53,509 nucleotides of DNA from a virus (taxonomy: Duplodnaviria > Caudoviricetes): IMG/VR virus record IMGVR_UViG_3300028045_000002, positions 1-53,509 of that record. One strand, given 5' to 3'. The notes below the pieces were generated by a model that was not told the origin of the DNA, did not search any database, and saw only the letters and a list, made by a program, of their open reading frames with translations. How positions within the stretch are numbered: the first letter of the stretch is position 1; every line of letters begins with the position of its first letter. Below, in pieces: positions 18,171 through 25,924 of this stretch. A program made the position numbers and the translations under genes.

Positions 18171-18365
18171 TCAGGAGTCAAGCTCTTTTGCTGCTGAGGG
18201 CAGCTGAGCCATAAGCGTGTAGTCTTCCGCCTTATCGGAGAGATAGTCTCTCTGGAGCAGGCAGAGGACCACTGCTTTCTTTTCTGGTCGTAGATCTTTG
18301 AATGGAACACCGTAAGAGGACTCTGAGATGCCGTTGACTAAGCTTTTGGCTATCTCCAGCGTCAT
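18171..18365 (-). CDS. Hypothetical protein, 64 aa
   Basis: GAGGAG RBS; ATGA overlap with the upstream ORF. Confidence 0.65.
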   Translation of the reverse strand: MTLEIAKSLVNGISESSYGVPFKDLRPEKKAVVLCLLQRDYLSDKAEDYTLMAQLPSAAKELDS

Positions 18366-18553
18366 TGTGGCTCCTCCCCATCGAAGAGGACCAATTGAAC
18401 CAAGCCCTCAGCCTCTCCCGGCTGATCGGACTCAATCACCACAATCCGATCCTTCACGCCCTCCCTCAAGTAGTTCTCAAGCTCCCGAACCGCCCCCCCA
18501 ATACCACGCAATTCCCGTAACAACAACAACTGGAACTCTGTCAGAGAAGACAT
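18362..18553 (-). CDS. Hypothetical protein, 63 aa; first gene of the leftward arm
   Basis: ATG 18553 preceded by AAGGAGG; ORF-track upstream extension discarded. Confidence 0.7.
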   Translation of the reverse strand: MSSLTEFQLLLLRELRGIGGAVRELENYLREGVKDRIVVIESDQPGEAEGLVQLVLFDGEEPQ

Positions 18554-19692
18554 GAAACCTCCTTGAAGGGAAGACCTCAACTCTACCACAGCATCAACAT
18601 TGGTACTACTACCAAATAAAAAGAAAGAAAAGACAAAGAAAAGCTTGTACACCTGCAACTCTACGTGATAGCTTGACACGTGTGGTAGGATGGAGGATGG
18701 GTGGTTGGGACGTTCCTACAACTTCTTCTCTCATATTTCCAACAAATACATAGCTCTGTTGCAACTATCAAAAGCTTCCAACCTGATACAGGAGGAGCAG
18801 CAACAGAAGACACCAGCTCGAAACTGGATCCACTACATACAACTCTGGCCAGAGCCTGAGATGCTTCCCCGCTTTTCAAAACAACTCGTACTTTCCTGTA
18901 GGGTGTTATACCTACGGACCCGCCCCCTCCGAATCAGGGCCTACCGGTCCCCGATTCAAATGAACTGACTCAGCAGCGCAGGAACGCTGCTGATTCAGCT
19001 CCTTTGACTCGCTGACCGCTTGCCTGATTAAGCTGATTAGAAGCTAATCACCCTAATCATGCAAGTGCTCCTTGCAAGTTGGAGGACCAACTAGCAAGCA
19101 GCAGCGCCACGCACCAAGCTACAGTAGAGTTGATGCAACTCTACTGTAGCTTGTTGCTTAGGCTGGCCCGGAGGCATCGGACCCAAAGAGCAGCGGACGC
19201 TGCGGAACCCCTAAGAGGGCCGGAGCCCGATCAGTCTCCAGCAACGAGCCAGCGAAGCTGACACGCCGCTTCAGCCTGATCTGCTGACCACGAGCGTGGG
19301 AACGCTCGCTACTCAGACTCTTCAGTCGTGAGGACACGCCTTGCAGAGTCAGAGTTCAGCATCTCAGTCTTCAGTCGGTCGTTCCTCGTTCCTGAATCCT
19401 GATCGGGCGGAACAGAAGCATCAGCGTGAGGACACGAAGCTGATGCTTCTGGCCAAGAGGCCCCGGAGCGGATCCCTTCCCACCCTAGCTCAAGCTGCGA
19501 AGCGCAGCGTGAGCATTGCCCCATAATGGAATCTGCAAGCAAGAGAGCCTAAGACCCCCCAAGAAGCGGCAAGCAGCCACCGAGAACGGTGGTGTTGGGT
19601 TATTTTTGGGGTTATTCGAAGGTTTGTGCCTTCGTCTAGTGGGGTTAAGGGTGGAGGGTGGCAATGCCGCTACCCCCACACAGGAGGCTCTC
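18554..19692. promoter_or_regulatory. Divergent non-coding control region with a dense hairpin array
   Basis: No credible ORF; gene orientation flips here; more than 12 stem-loops, repeated CAACTCTAC motifs and an A-rich tract (18615-18642). Confidence 0.75.
19115..19153. repeat. Perfect 18-bp inverted repeat with a 3-nt spacer
   Basis: CAAGCTACAGTAGAGTTG-ATG-CAACTCTACTGTAGCTTG. Confidence 0.95.
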
Positions 19693-20094
19693 ATGCTTAC
19701 ATCTTCCATTATTTCCGCCATCCGCTCCACGACCTTGGCCATCACCGACAACTTCGGTGGCGTTGTCGCTGGGCCGCTGGCCAGCATCATCCAAGCCATC
19801 GAGGACGATGACTTGGCTGGGCTGGCGGAGCCCGTCCAGCAGGCGCTCGTGCGCCTTGCTGTCCGGACTGCCGAGCCGAAAGGCGAGCTGGCGCTCGCCC
19901 TCGCCGCCGAAAACAACGGCAAAGCCGTTGCATTCGGGACGAGTGGCTACCTTTTCCGTCCCGATTGGGACGAAAAGGTCGCCGACGAACTGAGCGCAGC
20001 GCTCAGCTTCGTCAAGGCTCGGCTGACCGCATCTGAGACTGCTGCCATGGGCAGCCGCCTCGATGCGGCCATCGCCGCCGCTGATGCTGCGTAG
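19693..20094 (+). CDS. First early gene, Ala-rich hypothetical protein, 133 aa
   Basis: CAGGAGG RBS, ATG 19693, strong C/G third-position bias, followed by a terminator. Confidence 0.8.
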   Translation: MLTSSIISAIRSTTLAITDNFGGVVAGPLASIIQAIEDDDLAGLAEPVQQALVRLAVRTAEPKGELALALAAENNGKAVAFGTSGYLFRPDWDEKVADELSAALSFVKARLTASETAAMGSRLDAAIAAADAA

Positions 20095-20104
20095 CGCATC
20101 AGCT

Positions 20105-20140
20105 GAAGCTACCCCGCCTAAGGGCGGGGTAGCTTCTTTC
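20105..20140 (+). terminator. Rho-independent terminator
   Basis: 14-bp stem GAAGCTACCCCGCC-TAAG-GGCGGGGTAGCTTC then TTT. Confidence 0.75.
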
Positions 20141-20281
20141 AATGAGCAGCTTCGCTGCTTGTTGATAGGACGCTGCGCCGCAGCGTCCACCACCACCACT
20201 ACCACTACCACTACCATCAGACCCCTCGCCCGCTTGCTGCGGGCGAAGAACCTGACGACAAGTGCAATAAGGAGGCGTAGC

Positions 20282-20371
20282 ATGAACTTGATTCTAAGCG
20301 CAGGACTCCTCATTGGAGGCTTTGGAATATTTATGGCAGCCCTGATAAGGGCAAAGGAACGAGCCGAGTGA
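20282..20371 (+). CDS. 29-aa single-TM peptide MNLILSAGLLIGGFGIFMAALIRAKERAE
   Basis: Perfect TAAGGAGG RBS 6 nt before the ATG; hydrophobic helix plus charged tail. Confidence 0.6.
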   Translation: MNLILSAGLLIGGFGIFMAALIRAKERAE

Positions 20372-20584
20372 TATCGGCACTGGCGAGAGCTGGCAAACCA
20401 CTCGTCAAATGAAGGGGTCATCAACCCTGCACAACAGCGATGCTGCTGGCACTGATGGCGGAGCGGATAGTTCTCGCTACGATGCCATCTATCTGCTATT
20501 CAACCAGCATGACAATCATAGCCTCCCGATGCCGGGGGGCTATGATTCCTTAAACAAGTGCAATCAACCTATTTAGGAGAATAA

Positions 20585-20995
20585 ATGAACGATTTAAATG
20601 AACTTCTTTGGGCCATGAAGGATGGAAAGCTTTCTGATTTCATGGAAATGCCTTCCGATTTTGAGTCTTGGGTGAAAGTAGGGCCGTATCCGACTCTGAA
20701 TATTCTGATGAAGTGGGTGGCCAGTCAGGAAATGATGAAGATTATTCCTCCGGACATGACATGTGTCGTATATCTGGAGATATTCTTCAGCAGCATGGCA
20801 GCGCTGCTCTTTCTGTCGAAAGAGGACGAGTCGCTGGATGAGGCCAGTAACAAGGATCTCCTCAAGGAGATGGAGCAGATGAGACTGCGGTGTCTCCTTC
20901 TCTTCAGGAAGGCCCTCAATCACGCTGAGAAGACATCCGGGATGCCCACGGAGAAAGAGTTGCTTGAAGGGTTGGTGGCCGCACAGGCCAAATAG
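20585..20995 (+). CDS. Hypothetical early protein
   Basis: TAGGAG RBS; 136 aa. Confidence 0.75.
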   Translation: MNDLNELLWAMKDGKLSDFMEMPSDFESWVKVGPYPTLNILMKWVASQEMMKIIPPDMTCVVYLEIFFSSMAALLFLSKEDESLDEASNKDLLKEMEQMRLRCLLLFRKALNHAEKTSGMPTEKELLEGLVAAQAK

Positions 20996-21008
20996 GGCGC
21001 TCTGACAC

Positions 21009-21109
21009 GGACAGGTAAGCTCAGGGAGAAAAGAGCGCACAAGTGAGCCTTCTGGGGGCGAATGCCATGGAGCTTGTGAGGGTCGCCGGTGCAACTCCGG
21101 CCCTGTCCA
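21009..21109 (+). ncRNA. tRNA-like element with an expanded anticodon arm (no assignable anticodon)
   Basis: Acceptor GGACAGG/CCTGTCC+A; D-arm GCTC/GAGC; stem CACAAG/CTTGTG enclosing 29 nt; T-arm GCCGG-TGCAACT-CCGGC; no encoded CCA. Confidence 0.65.
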
Positions 21110-21226
21110 TTTACACCGCTGAGGTGTGGAGGAGCAACACTCTTAAACTGTTGCGTCAAATGGTAGGCTGATTGCTGAGCCCTCTGGCCAAATGGCTGGA
21201 GGACTTTATCATTGAAGGAGGCAACA

Positions 21227-21598
21227 ATGACCCAAGGCACACCCACATGGAGGTGTCGCCAAGGATTCATCCCAATTCCTGACTTGAATACCACACATTT
21301 GCGGAACATCCTTGGATTTATTTTCAAAAGAACCACAACAAACCACGAGAACGAGCTGAGACTGCTTGCCTTGCGGATAACTCTAGAAAGGGCGGGATCC
21401 TATGAACGAGCAAGACTACTGGCAGAGCACCAAGTACTATCGGAAATACACCCTGCCGACAAGGCCGAGGCTGAGTACCCGGATATCTTCGCTGAGGCAC
21501 GGAAGAGAGATATTCTTGGCGATCTGCCTTGCGACATTCTTATCGGCGTTGGATATGATGATGAGCTGGTAGACGATCAGCTTGAACTGGGCCTGTAA
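21227..21598 (+). CDS. Hypothetical early protein, 123 aa
   Basis: AAGGAGG RBS, ATG 21227; WRCRQG.IPIPDLNTTHLRNIL is a pattern common in small phage proteins. Confidence 0.75.
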   Translation: MTQGTPTWRCRQGFIPIPDLNTTHLRNILGFIFKRTTTNHENELRLLALRITLERAGSYERARLLAEHQVLSEIHPADKAEAEYPDIFAEARKRDILGDLPCDILIGVGYDDELVDDQLELGL

Positions 21599-21607
21599 GG
21601 CCAACCT

Positions 21608-21636
21608 GCCTAGACCTTGGGGTCTAGGCTTTCTTT
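21608..21636 (+). terminator. Rho-independent terminator
   Basis: GCCTAGACC-TTGG-GGTCTAGGC then TTTCTTT. Confidence 0.75.
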
Positions 21637-21647
21637 ACGGAGGACAA

Positions 21648-21998
21648 ATGCAATTTCTAGAAGGTAACGCCAAGACGGCTGCGGTTATGATCGCAGCCTT
21701 GACCACGATGGATGACTCACTGACTGCCGAAGTCATTGTTGATAATATCAGAGATCTGGGCCTGACCAAAGATGAGGATGCGATTGACTACGATCGGCTG
21801 CGGGAAGATGTCCAGAAGGGCTTGAATGATCTCATCGTTCACACCAAGTTCAACTACAGCGACATTGATGCAGAGCTGAATGAGTACACTGCCACACCAT
21901 TCCCTCAGGACGACGCTGAAGGCATTAACGATGAAGTGGGAGTAATCCTCAAGGATATCGCCCTGAGCCTCCACACAGTCATAGAGAAGCTCTCATGA
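21648..21998 (+). CDS. Acidic hypothetical protein, 116 aa
   Basis: GGAGG RBS, ATG 21648. Confidence 0.75.
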   Translation: MQFLEGNAKTAAVMIAALTTMDDSLTAEVIVDNIRDLGLTKDEDAIDYDRLREDVQKGLNDLIVHTKFNYSDIDAELNEYTATPFPQDDAEGINDEVGVILKDIALSLHTVIEKLS

Positions 21999-22402
21999 AG
22001 ATCAAGGTGCTTGAGGCACAGGTCAGTCACATGAAAGAGCATCTTTATGTCATAGATGCGGAGGTGATGGGAATATTGCGACATATAGCAATCCATCCTG
22101 AGAGATTGATGGAAAGTGGAGGGCTTGAGAAGTTTTGCAGCATCTTGGTGGACTGGGGAACTGAGTATAGCCCCACGCTATCGCAAACCAAGAAGAATCA
22201 TGTCGTGAATACACTCAGGAATGATTTTGGCAGATTCTTTTTAGCCATCACAAGCTTGAATGAACAATATTCAAGTTCAACTCTTCTGAGTAACATGGTG
22301 ATCGAGGCAGAAGGACATATGGAGACTCATCATTTTGATGGTACAGAAATGACTCTTGGACCAGAAGATGTTCAGCACTTGAGGAGTCTTGAATGCATCT
22401 AA
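21995..22402 (+). CDS. Hypothetical protein
   Basis: ATGA coupling with the upstream ORF. Confidence 0.7.
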   Translation: MKIKVLEAQVSHMKEHLYVIDAEVMGILRHIAIHPERLMESGGLEKFCSILVDWGTEYSPTLSQTKKNHVVNTLRNDFGRFFLAITSLNEQYSSSTLLSNMVIEAEGHMETHHFDGTEMTLGPEDVQHLRSLECI

Positions 22403-22662
22403 AAGCCTATCTGCATCTTGCTCAAGTGAACATGGTGAGATATCTCATCAAGGCTCTAGTTAAAGCAGATACTTCTTTGACTAGAAAGGATTCTGGGTAC
22501 ACTCAGATGCTCGTGGATTCAAAGCTAGTTGAATACATGGCTACGATTAAAAATGATCTTGACCTCAAGCCAGTGGTCGTAAAATTCTTCAACAAGAGAG
22601 CATTGTCCGTCTTTGGAAAGATGAACATTGCCATAGATAGAAGGGAAAACAATGGAACCTGA
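22393..22662 (+). CDS. Hypothetical protein
   Basis: GAGGAG RBS; fills the operon gap. Confidence 0.65.
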   Translation: MHLKAYLHLAQVNMVRYLIKALVKADTSLTRKDSGYTQMLVDSKLVEYMATIKNDLDLKPVVVKFFNKRALSVFGKMNIAIDRRENNGT

Positions 22663-23434
22663 AGTAGTCAAACGCAAACCGGGGCTCAATGGAGCCGTGC
22701 TGATTTACGGACAACCAAAGATTGGTAAGTCCATGCTGGCCCTGTCCCTCTGCGATGTAGTCATCGACTGCGAAGGAGGGCTGGATCACTACAACGGAGC
22801 GTTGAGGTATCGACCACACAACGCTGAGGAGCTGCGAGAGGCAATCAAGTCAGCCTACAAGAAAGGCTACAAGAGAATTGCAATCGACACTGTCGATGAA
22901 GTGAACAGCTGGTTTGAGGCAGAGGTTTGCAAAGAACAAGGCATCGCACAGATGGGCGAAGGCTCTTACGGAGCTGACTGGGGAGCATCGAGAGCAAAGA
23001 TGCAACAATTCCGCAAAGCCCTAGACGATCGCTTCGATCTTGTCCTCTACATTGGTCACCAGAAGCTGGCAACCACTGATGAGACATTCAAGAGCAGAAG
23101 CGTTGACCTTCCGGGCAAGCTGAGTCGCATGTTTGCGGCAAAGATGGACGCTCTCGGATTCTGCCAGATCACAGACGATGAGCATGTAGTCAACTTTCAG
23201 CCATACGATATGGTTGACTCTGGCTCAAGGCTTCCTGAGCTTAAAGGGCTCATTGTTCCTTTTTACGATGACATCTTGAAGAACCGGAAGCAGTTTGAAT
23301 CTCTCTTTGCCGACAACAAGGAGGAGACCAGCGATGAGACAGAGCAGTTTCATCCTGAAGAGCCGGAGACTGTTGGCGATGCTGACAAAAGTGAGGGGGT
23401 CGGGGATGGCGAGCAAGCTGCTCCAGCAAGCTGA
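22652..23434 (+). CDS. AAA_24 / Sak4-like single-strand annealing ATPase
   Basis: Walker A YGQPKIGKS, IDCEGG, Walker B IAIDTVD, GYGADW-like motif (GSYGADW) and IGH; an SSB gene lies just downstream. Confidence 0.85.
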   Translation: MEPEVVKRKPGLNGAVLIYGQPKIGKSMLALSLCDVVIDCEGGLDHYNGALRYRPHNAEELREAIKSAYKKGYKRIAIDTVDEVNSWFEAEVCKEQGIAQMGEGSYGADWGASRAKMQQFRKALDDRFDLVLYIGHQKLATTDETFKSRSVDLPGKLSRMFAAKMDALGFCQITDDEHVVNFQPYDMVDSGSRLPELKGLIVPFYDDILKNRKQFESLFADNKEETSDETEQFHPEEPETVGDADKSEGVGDGEQAAPAS

Positions 23435-23630
23435 GTCAAACATGGCAATCGTCAACAACACTCACAACAAGATGCTGGCAGTTCAAGAGATTGGCTTTGA
23501 TGGCTGGATGCCAGAGCAAAAGAAGTTCTTCATTGATGCAGAGCAGTCAATAAGAACAATCATGGTGACCTTGGGGTCAATGATAGACAACCTGACAAAA
23601 CTTGAAATCGAGGAAACGGAGGAAGGATGA
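23334..23630 (+). CDS. Hypothetical protein, 98 aa
   Basis: AAGGAGGAG RBS inside the AAA gene; stop is coupled (ATGA) to the SSB start. Confidence 0.6.
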   Translation: MRQSSFILKSRRLLAMLTKVRGSGMASKLLQQAESNMAIVNNTHNKMLAVQEIGFDGWMPEQKKFFIDAEQSIRTIMVTLGSMIDNLTKLEIEETEEG

Positions 23631-24250
23631 GGAAAATAGAGTACGACAGCTCTCGGACAGGGACATATGAACTGATCCCTGAGGGCTGGTACGAAGTTGT
23701 AGTCGATAGGTCTCGTGAAGACACTGTCGGCAAGCAGAAGAATATCCCACGGATAAGCTTCGGTCTGAAGATTCAAGCTGGTGAGTATGAGGGCCGGATC
23801 ATCTGGTCCAACATCTTACTGAGCCCTCCAAGAACAAACGATGATGGCAGCACATCACAGCCTTCGCTGCTCAACCTTCGATGGCTGCTCCACTCCTGTG
23901 ATCCCAACAGATTTATCTCTCCAAAAGAACAAGCAAAGCTTGGCTCTTCTGTTCTTGAGATCCCTGATCTTCCGTGGTTTGAGGGTAAGCGTGTCTTTGC
24001 CAAGGCAAAGCATCGTAGCTTCATAGACCGGAAGACACAGAAGGAGCGGACAGTATGTGATGTTGACTGGTTTCGTTCCTTGGACGACGGACCTGGAGAC
24101 GGAGCTGAGAGAGCGAGCGGTCAGGGAGGCGCAACTCAAGGAGAAAACGCTCAATCAGCTCAGGGAGCAGCGGGAGCAGGCGCAGCTCCCAGTGGAGGAT
24201 ACGCTGGGTCCGGAGCCGATAGCGATGAAGACGAGTTCCTCGACTTCTAG
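23627..24250 (+). CDS. DUF669-like single-stranded DNA-binding protein
   Basis: YELIPEGWYEVVV..GEYEGRIIW, Gly/Ala linker, acidic-aromatic tail DSDEDEFLDF. Confidence 0.82.
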   Translation: MRKIEYDSSRTGTYELIPEGWYEVVVDRSREDTVGKQKNIPRISFGLKIQAGEYEGRIIWSNILLSPPRTNDDGSTSQPSLLNLRWLLHSCDPNRFISPKEQAKLGSSVLEIPDLPWFEGKRVFAKAKHRSFIDRKTQKERTVCDVDWFRSLDDGPGDGAERASGQGGATQGENAQSAQGAAGAGAAPSGGYAGSGADSDEDEFLDF

Positions 24251-24440
24251 CTGCGAGAAGTGTGGCAAGTCAATATCAGTCACACAGATTGCCAACAGCG
24301 TAGAGAATCTCGGATATGCCTTATGTCCTGATTGCACCATAGAGAGACAAGGAGCCAACGTGAGATCATATCAAACGATGCTCAACAAAGTCCTTGGTGG
24401 AAAGGATATTTCAAAGAAGCCAAATCCGAATAGGTGGTAA
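24225..24440 (+). CDS. Small zinc-finger protein, 71 aa
   Basis: CEKC..LCPDC; ATG 24225. Confidence 0.6.
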   Translation: MKTSSSTSSCEKCGKSISVTQIANSVENLGYALCPDCTIERQGANVRSYQTMLNKVLGGKDISKKPNPNRW

Positions 24441-24441
24441 C

Positions 24442-24490
24442 AGCCTTGGCCCGTCAAGTCCTCCGACTCGATGGGTCGAGGCTTTTCTTT
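24442..24490 (+). terminator. Long hairpin plus U-tract (terminator/attenuator)
   Basis: AGCCTTGGCCCGTCAAGTC-CTCC-GACTCGATGGGTCGAGGCT then TTTCTTT, immediately before the next RBS. Confidence 0.6.
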
Positions 24491-24502
24491 AAGGAGTCAA
24501 AA

Positions 24503-24841
24503 ATGGAAAAAGCTTGGAAGAGGAGTGAGAGGAGAACCGCCACTTTCTTTGGCACAGTCAGGAATCCACTCAGTGGAGCTGACAAGAAGGTGACAGGCTC
24601 TGACTCAATGCATCCAAGACTGTTCATCGAAAACAAATACTCGAAAGCACACGCCATCTTCACCATCTATCGCAAAGCCAAAGCTCAGGCGATCGGTGAG
24701 AAAAAGATCCCCATTGTAACCCTAGACGAGAAAGGTAAAAGAGGCTTTTTGATTTGCGTACACTGTGATGACTGGAACGATCTACACAACTACTGGCTAA
24801 AGACCAAACGTGAGTGGGACAAAAATGAACCACCCGTTTGA
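24503..24841 (+). CDS. PD-(D/E)xK Holliday junction resolvase-like nuclease
   Basis: WKRSERRTA..RNPLSG..SD..FIENKY pattern; TAAGGAG RBS, ATG 24503. Confidence 0.72.
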   Translation: MEKAWKRSERRTATFFGTVRNPLSGADKKVTGSDSMHPRLFIENKYSKAHAIFTIYRKAKAQAIGEKKIPIVTLDEKGKRGFLICVHCDDWNDLHNYWLKTKREWDKNEPPV

Positions 24842-25001
24842 CGACCCAACAACTTGCACAAAATGCGAAGAAGAACTCATTGACAAAGACGGGGACAGCC
24901 CAGTTTGTGACAATGAAAACTGCGAATACTACAATCGAGACTTTAAGGCTGAACACTATGAACGACTCATAGACAGCCACATGGAGGACAAGTATGAGTG
25001 A
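24825..25001 (+). CDS. Small acidic Zn-ribbon protein
   Basis: CTKC..CDNENC. Confidence 0.55.
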   Translation: MNHPFDDPTTCTKCEEELIDKDGDSPVCDNENCEYYNRDFKAEHYERLIDSHMEDKYE

Positions 25002-25662
25002 ATTACGAGAACAGGCAGAATGTGCTGTCAGTACAATGGAATCAGTCAGCAGTCAGCTGGATGATGCCCAAACCAATTTGGACAGCATTGGCGATAAGGC
25101 TCTGAATGAAGTGGTCGAAGCAATTAGTAACGTCAGAAATGACTTGAGCAACTTGGAGAGCGAGCTGGACAACAACACCTTTTGCGTTGATGATGCCGAA
25201 GAGGGCAACGAAAGCAATGCTGACTTGCAGCTGAGCACCTTTCACATGATCATGAACGAGGATTCGATCAGAGTACTGACAGCGGATGAGACGAAAGACT
25301 ATGGCGACTGGGTTTCAAATGGAAGCCACGACAGCCAAGCCGCAGGATATATGTATCATGTAGAGAAGTTTTCATTTGCATGGGATCCCAGCGAAGGGGC
25401 GTTTTCAGACATCGTCATAAACGATGATGGCAGCAGGATTCTTCACAAGACAGAACTCGGTGACTACAAGGACTGGAACAACAAATGTGGTCTTGGTGAA
25501 AAGTACACCCAGTCTGTCCATCGACTCTTCCAGATCATTGCAGACCAGAAGGCAACAATCAAATCGCTCAAGAGCGGTGACGAGAGCGAACGATTCAACG
25601 AAGGCAAGGCTGCCGGAAGAGCTGAGATGCTGGCTGAGATCAAGGCCAAGTTTGATGCTTGA
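24994..25662 (+). CDS. Hypothetical protein with N-terminal coiled coil
   Basis: GGAGG RBS; 222 aa. Confidence 0.75.
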   Translation: MSELREQAECAVSTMESVSSQLDDAQTNLDSIGDKALNEVVEAISNVRNDLSNLESELDNNTFCVDDAEEGNESNADLQLSTFHMIMNEDSIRVLTADETKDYGDWVSNGSHDSQAAGYMYHVEKFSFAWDPSEGAFSDIVINDDGSRILHKTELGDYKDWNNKCGLGEKYTQSVHRLFQIIADQKATIKSLKSGDESERFNEGKAAGRAEMLAEIKAKFDA

Positions 25663-25915
25663 GGATGAGTTGGCTCCATTGGAACCAGCGAGGCTATCGT
25701 TGCATGATACAATCTTTCAAGCCTTCAAATATCAGCCACATTTCAAGGTGATGATAGAACAGATGGATCTTGCAATGAGAGCAAGTAGGACTCTTATCGA
25801 GTCACAGGGTCCACGAGGACCGGAGGATGATGAATACGATGCTGCTCTAGGCAGGCTTAACGCCTGTCTGGGGCAGCTTAAGCTTTACAGAGACAAATGG
25901 GACATGAAACCCTGA
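25655..25915 (+). CDS. Hypothetical protein, ~86 aa
   Basis: ATG overlaps the upstream stop; fills the gap before DUF932. Confidence 0.55.
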   Translation: MLEDELAPLEPARLSLHDTIFQAFKYQPHFKVMIEQMDLAMRASRTLIESQGPRGPEDDEYDAALGRLNACLGQLKLYRDKWDMKP

Positions 25916-25924
25916 AGGAGCAAT

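Noticed and set aside
18673-18702. Sigma70 promoter from TTGACA on the + strand
   Set aside because: No -10 element at 16-18 nt spacing.
18960-19640. CRISPR array
   Set aside because: No constant repeat with regular spacers (only one 12-mer duplicated) and no cas genes.
19485-20424. Minus-strand ORFs 19485..19922 and 19645..20424, and poly-Thr ORF 20063..20371
   Set aside because: Shadows of the GC-rich + gene and the CAC/CTAC tract; no RBS. Only the 29-aa tail of the last has a real RBS.
20388-20430. c-di-GMP-I riboswitch (GGCAAACC seed)
   Set aside because: Lacks the GNRA-capped P2 and the downstream GACGCAAA/CUAA elements.
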